Origin: an uncultured virus (IMG/VR IMGVR_UViG_3300021091_000024) | Lineage: Duplodnaviria > Heunggongvirae > Uroviricota > Caudoviricetes | Reading direction: 5' to 3' (one strand) | DNA: 64,000 bases | IMG/VR virus record: IMGVR_UViG_3300021091_000024 | Part shown: positions 1 through 8,462 of the stretch, piece after piece | How positions within the stretch are numbered: position 1 is the first letter of the stretch | Layout of the letters: every line of letters begins with the position of its first letter | Translations under genes and position numbers: made by a program | The notes under the pieces: generated by a model | Seen by the model: the letters and a program-made list of their open reading frames with translations, nothing else | Told to the model about the DNA's origin: nothing | Databases searched by the model: none

Positions 1-4
1 TTGC

Positions 5-286
5 TCACTTCTGGGGGGCAGGCTTGGCCTCCGCCCGATGGAGTTCCCCACGGAGCCAAGCCCCGTAGTAGGTCTCCATCTGGCGGAGCGTCTCACGGGA
101 GCGATTGCCCCAGCGAGCGCCCTCACCCCTGACGCTCGGAGCGTCGAGGAGCGAGAGCGTCATGGCCAGTGAGACAGCCTCAGCCGCCGTCTCAAGGTCC
201 ATGCGCTCCACCGTGCGGTGGTGCCAGTAGGTAGCCATCCCCGTGGGGAAGACACCCTGCCTTGCCCGACTCAGGTCGTCGCTCAT
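5..286 (-). CDS. hypothetical protein (GC-rich unit 1)
   Basis: 93-aa ORF with AGAGAGG SD and an upstream promoter-like motif shared with unit 2. Confidence 0.55.
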   Translation of the reverse strand: MSDDLSRARQGVFPTGMATYWHHRTVERMDLETAAEAVSLAMTLSLLDAPSVRGEGARWGNRSRETLRQMETYYGAWLRGELHRAEAKPAPQK

Positions 287-341
287 GAGCGACCTCTCTT
301 TCTGTCGGGTCGGGGTACTTCCGTTTCCCCCGACACCACCT

Positions 342-369
342 ACCTTAGCATGAGGGTTCGGATATGCAC
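342..369 (-). promoter_or_regulatory. putative sigma70-type promoter GTGCAT-16nt-TAAGGT (extended -10)
   Basis: same motif and spacing recur at 876-903. Confidence 0.5.
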
Positions 370-506
370 GAAAAGTGAGCAGAGCATCGCCCCTATTCTG
401 TGGGTGTTCAAGTGAACTGAAGCCTCACACGCACACCCACGTTCGTATGGTGAAAGAGCGCCTGTATTAAATCTGGCGATAGCAGGGCATGGATGGGGTG
501 GAGGAA

Positions 507-547
507 CCCCCCCTCGCCACGGGGGGTGGCGAGGGGGGGGGGGGGGG
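507..547. terminator. GC hairpin CCCCCCTCGCCAC/GTGGCGAGGGGGG running into a ~15-G tract
   Basis: perfect inverted repeat just downstream of the 550..828 gene; no U-tract. Confidence 0.4.
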
Positions 548-549
548 TC

Positions 550-828
550 TCAGTACCGAGTAGGCTTTCCTAAGCCTTGGGACTGCCGCAGGCGCACCGA
601 GTCGAGAACGCCCTGCGCGAACCCGAGACGCTGCTCGGCATTCTCGCGGTCGGTATCGAGCATTGCCTCGAGCTTCTGGGATGCTTTTTCGTAGGCATCC
701 CATCCCCTCGCGACCTTGCGCGCTTGCCGCTCGAGACGGGGGGGGAACATTTCATCCCATCCGTCGATGAGAATCGCCCCACACCCAACGGCTGTGGTGA
801 GGGCGAGCATCAAAAGGAACCATTCCAT
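550..828 (-). CDS. small membrane-anchored protein (GC-rich unit 2)
   Basis: start MEWFLLMLALTTAVG after GAGAGG SD; N-terminal hydrophobic helix. Confidence 0.55.
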   Translation of the reverse strand: MEWFLLMLALTTAVGCGAILIDGWDEMFPPRLERQARKVARGWDAYEKASQKLEAMLDTDRENAEQRLGFAQGVLDSVRLRQSQGLGKPTRY

Positions 829-875
829 TTCTGCCTCTCTGTCGTTGCTACTTCGGTTTCGCCCCGACACTCACC

Positions 876-903
876 ACCATAGCAAGCGTGTTTGGGGATG
901 CAC
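876..903 (-). promoter_or_regulatory. putative promoter GTGCAT-16nt-TATGGT (extended -10)
   Basis: second copy of the motif at 342-369. Confidence 0.5.
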
Positions 904-1059
904 TAAAAGCGTGAAGTGTTCCAAACCCAACTCTGCGGGTGTTCAATGTGCTGAAGCACATCGAAACACCCGCCATTGACCCCCGAAACAGACAAAATAG
1001 ATTACATCTTAAAATAACGAGTAACACAGAAAAAATATGTACTCAATTTTCTAAAAATA

Positions 1060-1746
1060 TTAAAAATTTTCGGATAATGCGTTGCTACAACCATGTGGGG
1101 CAAATTCCGGTTGCAACGCAATGTTAACAATATAACGCAAAGCGTTATCATCGGAAAAATGCGGGTTGGAAGCAGCATGATATGTTTGTCCATCAAAGAG
1201 CAACGCTCTTCCAGACTTGGGTGCAATTGACTTTACAACTCTCATATCTTTGTCAAAAAGGTATGTCGGGGCATTGCCGTCATTGATGTAATAAACGCAT
1301 ACCCAATGTTCGGGGATTGAACCGTTATCATATTGAAAATCAACATGAGGAATCTGCGGGGGATAAAGGTTCGGCAAGGTCATCAAATTTTGCGGGTTTA
1401 AATCTCTTTCAGACAATATATAGCTACAATTAACTTTCATTCTTAATAATGAATAGTTTCCGAAATATGACTTAAGTGACATAACGAGCGGGACAAACTC
1501 TGAAAAATGCGGAGATGATTTTTCTTCAGTCGAATCATACAAATGATGACTTAATTGGATGGGGTTAACAAAGGAAAATACCGAGTTTTCCATTTTATTA
1601 AATCCACCCCCTTCATATAATCCCTCATGGGTTTTATAAGAGGGGTAGAAGCGATATGGAAAGGATGGAGAGGATGTGAGGTGGGATAGTATCTTTCGGT
1701 CCGCCACCTTTAATATGTCATCTATTACTAAATAGTCACCGTACAT
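1060..1746 (-). CDS. 2OG-Fe(II) oxygenase superfamily protein
   Basis: PHVD...VYYIND...LFDG..YHAAS...RYIVN: HxD..H..R jelly-roll motifs. Confidence 0.75.
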   Translation of the reverse strand: MYGDYLVIDDILKVADRKILSHLTSSPSFPYRFYPSYKTHEGLYEGGGFNKMENSVFSFVNPIQLSHHLYDSTEEKSSPHFSEFVPLVMSLKSYFGNYSLLRMKVNCSYILSERDLNPQNLMTLPNLYPPQIPHVDFQYDNGSIPEHWVCVYYINDGNAPTYLFDKDMRVVKSIAPKSGRALLFDGQTYHAASNPHFSDDNALRYIVNIALQPEFAPHGCSNALSENF

Positions 1747-1859
1747 CTGAATTTTTTCATGTTACAAATTTCATATTTTAATTCTTCTCTGCGAGAAGTA
1801 TAATATATACATGGTAGCATTATTCGTTGCTTTATTAGCTTTAGCAGTTAAGCGCTAAG

Positions 1860-1932
1860 CTCCCAGAGTAGGACTCGAACCTACAACCCATTGATTAACA
1901 GTCAATTGCACTGCCTATTGTGCTATCTGGGA
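1860..1932 (-). tRNA. tRNA-Asn(GTT)
   Basis: cloverleaf; anticodon arm ATTGA-CTGTTAA-TCAAT; T-loop GGTTCGAGTCC; no encoded CCA. Confidence 0.9.
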
Positions 1933-1967
1933 ATGGTTGTCCGAATAATGGCATATTCGTCTGGTGT

Positions 1968-2594
1968 TTATTCTATGTCGTAGAAATACCTATCATCGTC
2001 TGATGTGCGCCATTTAGCGGCATCCTCGACATCCCATTGGCGAGTGTTAATTAGGCGGTCAATTAAGGTCCCAGATTTCGTTGTATAGGACGGGTCAAAT
2101 AGACGTACCCTGTTGTTTGGTTGAATAGCAAAATTGCCGTCATCCCGAACAATTACATGACCGCATTTATGTTGCCCAGGGTTAACGCTAAAACCAGCAT
2201 TTAATATGTTGTCATCTGGCGCATGCCAATCCAAGGTGAATAAATACTTACCATTAACAAATTCTCCACTGCGTGCTACATAGGTCATCCGCATATTTCG
2301 CATCGCCTGAAATTCTGTCACGGTGACATGAGGGCTGAAAGAATTCCACAGTACTAAGTCGTGGATATCAACTTCTGGCACATCAGGCCTTTCACAGAAA
2401 GCGCTTATTGGCATTCTCCACCACACTCCTCCGTCCTCCATTAAAAAATGAAACAACGGAGATCGACCCTGAATTGACGCAACACCAAAAATCATGCACG
2501 GAAAATATTGGTTGTGAGAATCTATCTGGTCTCTCAGGTAGTTGCCGCGAACGTAGCACTCAATTGCTGGAATGTTGGCATTCAATTCTGGCAT
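1968..2594 (-). CDS. conserved aquatic-phage hypothetical protein
   Basis: 208-aa ORF (LNANIP...YLFTLDW...HKCGH...QPNNR); leaderless start TAGGAT-6nt-ATG. Confidence 0.75.
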   Translation of the reverse strand: MPELNANIPAIECYVRGNYLRDQIDSHNQYFPCMIFGVASIQGRSPLFHFLMEDGGVWWRMPISAFCERPDVPEVDIHDLVLWNSFSPHVTVTEFQAMRNMRMTYVARSGEFVNGKYLFTLDWHAPDDNILNAGFSVNPGQHKCGHVIVRDDGNFAIQPNNRVRLFDPSYTTKSGTLIDRLINTRQWDVEDAAKWRTSDDDRYFYDIE

Positions 2595-2616
2595 AGTAAT
2601 ATCCTATCACGTTCTG

Positions 2617-2704
2617 CGGAAGGAGAGGGATTTGAACCCCCGATGGGCTATAAACCCATTCCTGTTTTCAAGACAGGTGCGTTCAGCCGCTCCGCCATCC
2701 TTCC
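2617..2704 (-). tRNA. tRNA-Ser(TGA)
   Basis: anticodon arm CCTGT-CTTGAAA-ACAGG, long variable arm, GGTTCAAATCC. Confidence 0.9.
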
Positions 2705-2711
2705 TATTTTA

Positions 2712-3116
2712 TTAATCAGAATTTACATCTGTTGTAATAAGATTCAAACCGTGCTCTCTGTCATAAACAATATATTCTAATGAAGTAAAGTTAAAATAAG
2801 TCTCTAAGAAATCCAAAGTCTGATTAATGTCTAAAGAACCGCATGTATAAATATCAAGTTGGATAAGTGCCGGGTCTTGTTCATCCCAGATGTGAAATGC
2901 AATATGGGATGTTTCAATCATGACGACTGATGTAAGACCTCTATTACCTTCAATATCAATGTATGTTGCAAATGGTCCTTGCACTATTTTCATGTCAAGA
3001 AAACCAACAAGCTCTCTTACCCACGATACGACTTCCTCTGTGTTTGTTGGCGGATCGACAATGTGTCCACGCAGCATAAGGTGTTTATGAAATGGTTTTT
3101 TACAATCTTTTGACAT
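2712..3116 (-). CDS. speD: pyruvoyl-dependent S-adenosylmethionine decarboxylase-like protein
   Basis: HKHL...GLTSVVMIETSHIAFHIW...DIYTCG motifs. Confidence 0.8.
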   Translation of the reverse strand: MSKDCKKPFHKHLMLRGHIVDPPTNTEEVVSWVRELVGFLDMKIVQGPFATYIDIEGNRGLTSVVMIETSHIAFHIWDEQDPALIQLDIYTCGSLDINQTLDFLETYFNFTSLEYIVYDREHGLNLITTDVNSD

Positions 3117-3117
3117 G

Positions 3118-3190
3118 TCCAAATGGTAGGATTCGAACCTACAACAAACGCTATATAGAAGCGCTACTCTGCCAGTTGAGTTACATTCGG
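3118..3190 (-). tRNA. tRNA-Ile(TAT), atypical C33
   Basis: acceptor CCGAATG/CATTTGG, anticodon arm GCGCT-TCTATAT-AGCGT, T arm GTAGG-TTCGAAT-CCTAC. Confidence 0.7.
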
Positions 3191-3203
3191 GGTTTGGGTT
3201 GGT

Positions 3204-3617
3204 TTAAGAACTTCCCTTACTTTTTTCTCTTCTTTTCTTTAATAAATCAAAATTTTTAATTTTTGTTTCACCCATATATTCCCAAGCAAAACCATCTTTG
3301 ATCAATTGTTCATTAATTGAAATTTTATTATCATCTACAAAGATCCATCCAAGAATTCTTCCATATTTTTCGGTTGAATTGGGTTTCTCTGTTTTAATAA
3401 CAATCTTTGTAGCACTTTTTAATGTCTCATCAAGTTTCTTTTTAACTTCAAGACCAAGTTGTTTTTCTATTTTATCTGTTGTTCTGGATTCTGGAGTATC
3501 AATACCAGCCAATCTTACTCTTTGATAATAAGAAATATTAAATCCAAGATCAATATCAACATCAATGGTGTCACCATCTACAACTTTATATAATTTTTTT
3601 ACAGTATATTCGTACAT
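3204..3617 (-). CDS. micrococcal nuclease (SNase/thermonuclease)-like protein
   Basis: VVDGDTI...RVRLAGIDTPE...KYGRILG. Confidence 0.9.
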   Translation of the reverse strand: MYEYTVKKLYKVVDGDTIDVDIDLGFNISYYQRVRLAGIDTPESRTTDKIEKQLGLEVKKKLDETLKSATKIVIKTEKPNSTEKYGRILGWIFVDDNKISINEQLIKDGFAWEYMGETKIKNFDLLKKRREKSKGSS

Positions 3618-3631
3618 TTTTACCTCCTTTG

Positions 3632-3703
3632 AGCCCTAGGTCAGAATTGAACTGACGACCTACCGCTTACAAGGCGGTTGCTCTGCCACTGAGCTACAAG
3701 GGC
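3632..3703 (-). tRNA. tRNA-Thr(TGT)
   Basis: anticodon arm ACCGC-CTTGTAA-GCGGT; canonical D and T arms. Confidence 0.9.
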
Positions 3704-3798
3704 ACTATATTTAAACTACAGGCGCATTGTAATTCTACTTAAAAACAGAACTACATTTTGAACAATCTGCTTGAGTTTATTTTTCATAGATTAGTATA

Positions 3799-4506
3799 TT
3801 ATTTAAATATAATATTGGGATATGTAGCATCAACTACACCGTTTGCAATTTTAATATTTTTAATTGAAATATCAATTGATGTAACTGGATGTCGATTGTT
3901 TGCCTCAGATGAGAGATCAAATAAAAATGTATGATTAATCCACATCATTGCAATAACTGAGTAGCCAATAACATCTAGCAGGGTATCCATTAAAGATTCA
4001 TTTTGAGGAGTATTGTTTTTTAACATGAGATTTTCAAGTCTTGCAACTTTGTCATGCGTTCTAATAACTAATCCATTAATCCCAAATCTTGAAATATTTT
4101 TTGGACCGTAATCTTTTTGTTTAGCTATAACTGTTTTTTTAACAAAAAATGAATAATCATCATAATCAAAAGTTTTTAACTTTCTTATCATAGATGCAGA
4201 CATTAAAGACAATGTAATCCAATGCTTTAAATGATATATTTCATTTTTTCTTTTTAAATCAAAATTTTCAGATACAAAATATTCTGGATCCGAATCCCAA
4301 ATTTTATTATCAATCATTGAATTGATAATATTTTTCATATTCCCTAAATCATCTGTAGAAAGAGGGGTCTCAAAAAAATGAAGTTGATTGGAATCATATA
4401 AATCTGAATAATTTTTTATATAAGAGAAGAGGGCAGCAACAGTTATTGTTGCTGCCTCCTCCCATGTATCAACATCTCTTGCTTTAAGAAGATCTTGATA
4501 TAACAT
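3799..4506 (-). CDS. protein with C-terminal DUF1599/Nmad1-like domain
   Basis: KQKDYG..NI...GLVIRTHDKVARLENL...ESLMDTLLDVIGYS. Confidence 0.7.
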   Translation of the reverse strand: MLYQDLLKARDVDTWEEAATITVAALFSYIKNYSDLYDSNQLHFFETPLSTDDLGNMKNIINSMIDNKIWDSDPEYFVSENFDLKRKNEIYHLKHWITLSLMSASMIRKLKTFDYDDYSFFVKKTVIAKQKDYGPKNISRFGINGLVIRTHDKVARLENLMLKNNTPQNESLMDTLLDVIGYSVIAMMWINHTFLFDLSSEANNRHPVTSIDISIKNIKIANGVVDATYPNIIFK

Positions 4507-4507
4507 A

Positions 4508-4921
4508 TTATTTTGTACGCTCAGCCTGCGGGTCAAGAATTTCAAACTGACCTCGCTTGATCTTTTTAAAATAGCCAACATTCGAATTATAGAAATTATA
4601 GAAAGTTGGCATTGAAATACCAGTTGCTTCAACAATGTCTTTTGGAGTTACTGTATTTCCAACATTCTCTTTAAGCCAAGCCTTGATTGCGTTTGATTTT
4701 CTAGACTTTTTTGTAGCAGAAACGGCTTTGCCAACAAAGCCATGCTTTGCCCAAATGCCTTCAATTGTTGTTGCAGGGACTCCGTAATATCTAGAAGCCT
4801 CTGCAGCTGACATATTATATTTAATGGCAGTAAGTGCGCTATAAACGACTCTTTGCTCATCCCCGCTTAAGTTGCGGTATTCTGTTGCTAAAATTTCTCC
4901 GATTCTTTGGTCAGTAATCAT
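4508..4921 (-). CDS. putative DNA-binding protein (HTH-like)
   Basis: AGAAAGGA SD; two HTH-like segments (SAAEASRYYGVPATTI; TPKDIVEATGISMPTF). Confidence 0.55.
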   Translation of the reverse strand: MITDQRIGEILATEYRNLSGDEQRVVYSALTAIKYNMSAAEASRYYGVPATTIEGIWAKHGFVGKAVSATKKSRKSNAIKAWLKENVGNTVTPKDIVEATGISMPTFYNFYNSNVGYFKKIKRGQFEILDPQAERTK

Positions 4922-4984
4922 GTGAATCCTTTCTTGTGGAGGAGAATATTCTACACGCTCAGATAAAAAATGCAAATCATTTTT

Positions 4985-5590
4985 CTATCTTTGCTGGATA
5001 AATGTTTGAAACGGAGCGCCCGTGTACGGATCAAATTTTGATGCTATTGATAATGATTTAATTACAGCATTCTTTGCTTTTGTTAAAGACAATTCTCTTC
5101 CATTTGTTATAGTATGCAATGCACCTAAAGCATAAGCAGAGCCTGTCCCTATTGCGTATACCCCAGCCCTATCAGATGTCCAAGAATAATCACTTTCAAT
5201 TATATAAATACATGCATTAATAACAACTATAATTGTTGAAGCCTGTTCTGCAATATGACTCTTATTATCATTATCTGGAGAAGCATAACCTGTTGCTTCA
5301 AAACATTCTCTCAATCCAGGAATAAATTTTTGAGTTATAAACTGATCAAGCTTTGTCCCAGCAGTTGTAAACGATGGAGTTGGTGGTGTAAAAGCATGAT
5401 GAAGTATATTTATCGCTCTAACATCACCAGCCGCCCCGAGTAAATATCTACCATTTTCGGCAATTTTGCTAGAGCCAGTCCCTAGAGTTGTTATTTGGTA
5501 TGCATTTCCGTTATCGTCAAAGGACGATATACGAGAATCTGTACATATTACGGCGTATCTATCGCCTTGAATTCCTACTATTGTTGTCAT
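4985..5590 (-). CDS. proteasome beta/HslV-like Ntn-hydrolase
   Basis: N-terminal MTTIVG (Thr1), DSR, K33-equivalent, GAAGD, AIGTGSAYALG. Confidence 0.85.
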   Translation of the reverse strand: MTTIVGIQGDRYAVICTDSRISSFDDNGNAYQITTLGTGSSKIAENGRYLLGAAGDVRAINILHHAFTPPTPSFTTAGTKLDQFITQKFIPGLRECFEATGYASPDNDNKSHIAEQASTIIVVINACIYIIESDYSWTSDRAGVYAIGTGSAYALGALHTITNGRELSLTKAKNAVIKSLSIASKFDPYTGAPFQTFIQQR

Positions 5591-5670
5591 AATTTAATGG
5601 GGCACTCCTGACATCCAAATTTAATCTTTCGAAATAAATTTGTCCAGGTGTGCCCCAATAATATTATATC

Positions 5671-5871
5671 TTATTTATTTTGCGTTTTGTCTAAATGCCA
5701 CTCAATATGTGAATCAATTTTTCTACTCACGTTGTTGACATCTTTATTTAAAGTTTTAATCATATCTTCAACAACATTATGGTCTTCACGGTTCTCTCTT
5801 CTGCCTTTTTGGACAAGAGAGGCAAGAATGCCACCAGTTGCTGCTATAAAAGCTACGACAATCGCTTCCAA
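5671..5871 (-). CDS. small membrane protein with coiled-coil tail (holin-like)
   Basis: N-terminal TM helix; ENREDH...IDSHIEWH. Confidence 0.6.
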   Translation of the reverse strand: MEAIVVAFIAATGGILASLVQKGRRENREDHNVVEDMIKTLNKDVNNVSRKIDSHIEWHLDKTQNK

Positions 5872-5876
5872 TTAGA

Positions 5877-6263
5877 TCACTTATTTAATAAAAAATTAGC
5901 GATTGTCTCAACGTCCATATCGAACTCGCCATGTTCTTTAATATGACTCTCAAGAAGATCAATCAGGTCCGACTTTTTTATAGTCTCTGGGTCAAGAGGG
6001 ATTTCCTTTTCAGCACCCTTCTTTCCGCCTCCAGAACTTGGTGCTGGGGTATAAGAGCCTGCGGGAATTGTTGTCTTTTTTGTCTCTGGATCCAGAGGAA
6101 CTTCTTTCATCGCTTTGATTAAATTCATCTGTGACTCATGCCAAGAGGCTGCTTTGATATGGTCCTGCATTGCCTCTGCTGACGACTTTGCCATGTTCTC
6201 ATGCCAAGCCTTCATCCCTTTATGATCTTCGATCATTTTTGAAACATTATTATTAAAATTCAT
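5877..6263 (-). CDS. hypothetical protein with internal E[VI]PLDPET repeat
   Basis: 128-aa ORF coupled to the upstream gene. Confidence 0.7.
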   Translation of the reverse strand: MNFNNNVSKMIEDHKGMKAWHENMAKSSAEAMQDHIKAASWHESQMNLIKAMKEVPLDPETKKTTIPAGSYTPAPSSGGGKKGAEKEIPLDPETIKKSDLIDLLESHIKEHGEFDMDVETIANFLLNK

Positions 6264-7369
6264 TTTTTTTCTCCTTGAATATTAAGTATATCTCTAATTA
6301 AATTAATTAATCTTGAGATAGTATCTTTTTCTTCACTATTTTCTTCATATTCACCTTCATCTTTCATCTCATTCTCTAGCTTTATCTGGCCTTCGTCTTC
6401 AATTTCATTTTCAGGCATCACTAAATTATCAGGAATAATTGCAAATCTGCATTTTCCATAGTCTTCAACTTGCATTGAAAGAATTTTACAAACACTTTCT
6501 CCGCTGTACAGGGCGCAATTATTGCAATAGACACCAATTGCCTTGTCATCATTTTTTTCGGCAGATTCATAACCAATCCAGATACCAGAACCTTCTTTAT
6601 CGAATTTTCCATACTTTTCTGCAACAGCAAGCAACGCTGTATACAGACCAGACTCTTCTTCGGTCAGGTCTTCAGCAACTTTGGTCATGGCTTCGGCTTT
6701 CGAAACAGTTCGATATCCACCACCACGCTTTTTGTATTCTCTAACTAGCCATGCATTTGCATATGCTGATGGGTAGACATCAAATTTAGCCTTTGCCTCA
6801 GCTTTTACTCTTGCGTATAAAGCAGGATTTGTTGGAACGTTCATACTTGATGCTTTCTCAGTAGAAACATAGATAGGTTTTTTGTCCTGTCTTGTCTCTG
6901 TTGATTCTGCTCTCCTTTTTCTTCTAATTGCCGAAGCAATTTGCTCGGGTGTCATTCTTGCTGCACGGGATGCTGGGACGCACTTGGGGTATTTCCCCTT
7001 ACCTGCGTCTGCTCTACCACAAGGTTCGTAGCCCCCACCTTTTTTTGGTCTTGAAAGATCAACCCAATCTTCTCTGAACCACTCTTTTAAGTTTTTAAAA
7101 ATAGAGTCAATTTCTTTTTCATTGATCTTCTTGGGCTTTTTCTTTTGAGGATACCCCTGCTGTGGGTTTTTTATACCAGAACCCATTGTCTCAGTCGAGA
7201 CTTCATTTGCTTTATTTGAATATTCGCCTGTTGCAAGACCTTGAACAGTAGCTTTTCTTTTGGCTTCACCCATTGATTTAGCATCACCTCTTGTGTAAAG
7301 GTAACATTTTCCACTTTCTCCCCACTTAAAACCAGGTTGACCATTTTCTGAGCATGGATTAACAGGCAT
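6260..7369 (-). CDS. multidomain protein (DUF5872-like plus Cys-cluster domains)
   Basis: PTNPALYARVK...YPSAYANAWLVREYKKRGG; WFREDWVD..PCGR..YPKCVP; CNNC..C..C. Confidence 0.75.
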   Translation of the reverse strand: MPVNPCSENGQPGFKWGESGKCYLYTRGDAKSMGEAKRKATVQGLATGEYSNKANEVSTETMGSGIKNPQQGYPQKKKPKKINEKEIDSIFKNLKEWFREDWVDLSRPKKGGGYEPCGRADAGKGKYPKCVPASRAARMTPEQIASAIRRKRRAESTETRQDKKPIYVSTEKASSMNVPTNPALYARVKAEAKAKFDVYPSAYANAWLVREYKKRGGGYRTVSKAEAMTKVAEDLTEEESGLYTALLAVAEKYGKFDKEGSGIWIGYESAEKNDDKAIGVYCNNCALYSGESVCKILSMQVEDYGKCRFAIIPDNLVMPENEIEDEGQIKLENEMKDEGEYEENSEEKDTISRLINLIRDILNIQGEKK

Positions 7370-7392
7370 AGTAACTATAATTTTATCATATT

Positions 7393-7680
7393 TTACTTAT
7401 AGATACTGTAAAGATTCTTCTGATCCCATCTCTGAACCGGAATTTTAACATTATGGAAAGAAGCATAAGCGTCCTCGCTTGAATAATAAACCCTAGCGTA
7501 GGCTTTTCTTGCTCCTTCGTCATAAACTGGGCACTCAGGATTTGGATCCAAATACAAAGCCTTGTATTGATATGGATCTTCATGCCAATGAACAGCATTT
7601 ACAACAACTAATTTCTTAAGGCAGTATGGACATACCTTTTCAGGGTATGGAAAATCTTTAATTACTCTACCGATCAGCAT
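7393..7680 (-). CDS. hypothetical protein, possible Zn ribbon
   Basis: 95-aa ORF with CPYC. Confidence 0.6.
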   Translation of the reverse strand: MLIGRVIKDFPYPEKVCPYCLKKLVVVNAVHWHEDPYQYKALYLDPNPECPVYDEGARKAYARVYYSSEDAYASFHNVKIPVQRWDQKNLYSIYK

Positions 7681-7941
7681 TTAGTCCTCCTCAGATTGAC
7701 CTTCTGGTGGTCTAGATATAAGAATAAAGTTAATTATCTCATCAACTGATTTTCTGGCAATGTCTATGCCATCCATAAGACATGAAAGTTCATCTATTGT
7801 CATTAAATATTCTTCTGAGGGGCTTGAAATATAAAATGCGGGAGCATATCCACCTTCAAAAGGCACAGATTTAATAATTATTGTCAAAGTTTCAATCTCT
7901 TCGAGATCGTTATTCTCTGAATAAGGAACTATTCTCATCAT
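7681..7941 (-). CDS. hypothetical protein
   Basis: acidic ORF in a tightly packed minus-strand operon. Confidence 0.6.
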   Translation of the reverse strand: MMRIVPYSENNDLEEIETLTIIIKSVPFEGGYAPAFYISSPSEEYLMTIDELSCLMDGIDIARKSVDEIINFILISRPPEGQSEED

Positions 7942-8311
7942 AATCGATTCCATCTGGTAGGACTGTAACAACATCTTGATAAGATGTCAGCAATTTCTTT
8001 GCTAATAATTCAAGCAGTGGTGTTTCTTTTGTTCTTTTTTTACCAAAAAAAATAACAACAACATAATTATCTATTTTTTCATTAAAAAATAACTTAAAAT
8101 CTTTATCTTTAATAATTTGAACTTTTCTTTTTGCAAAAACTTTTATATATACTTTAATAAATTTAGATGTAGACGCTGGAGATGCGTAAATATATACCTG
8201 ACCATTGGTCAATTGTTTTAAAAATTCTTTAATGTAGTCATAAGGAAACCAGGTATCACTTAAAAGTAATAATTTTTTGTCTTTTAAGTAATTACTATTT
8301 ATTTTTACCAC
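7910..8311 (-). CDS. hypothetical protein
   Basis: ORF in the operon; start uncertain. Confidence 0.55.
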   Translation of the reverse strand: MVKINSNYLKDKKLLLLSDTWFPYDYIKEFLKQLTNGQVYIYASPASTSKFIKVYIKVFAKRKVQIIKDKDFKLFFNEKIDNYVVVIFFGKKRTKETPLLELLAKKLLTSYQDVVTVLPDGIDYDENSSLFRE

Positions 8312-8462
8312 TCGAATAGACCGCTGCAATTAAGTTTATAACAATTACTATTAAAAATGGACCGAGTATTCCAGGGTCGTGGCTCCATCCAGCTTTAATG
8401 CCAAAATTGATTAAAACAGTATTGATAAGCAAATATGTAATAAATATAATAAATGTACTCAT
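8295..8462 (-). CDS. 55-aa two-helix membrane protein (not in ORF track)
   Basis: MSTFIIFITYLLINTVLINFGIKAGWSHDPGILGPFLIVIVINLIAAVYSSGKNK; ATG overlaps the thyX stop. Confidence 0.6.
   Translation of the reverse strand: MSTFIIFITYLLINTVLINFGIKAGWSHDPGILGPFLIVIVINLIAAVYSSGKNK

Noticed and set aside
533..547. Functional G-quadruplex or phase-variable poly-G
   Set aside because: Intergenic, part of a hairpin arm, and homopolymer length may be a sequencing artefact.
3148..3165. Amber suppressor (CTA) reading of the third tRNA
   Set aside because: CTA is off-centre in the 7-nt loop; the stem places TAT at 34-36, and TAG is used as a normal stop in this window.
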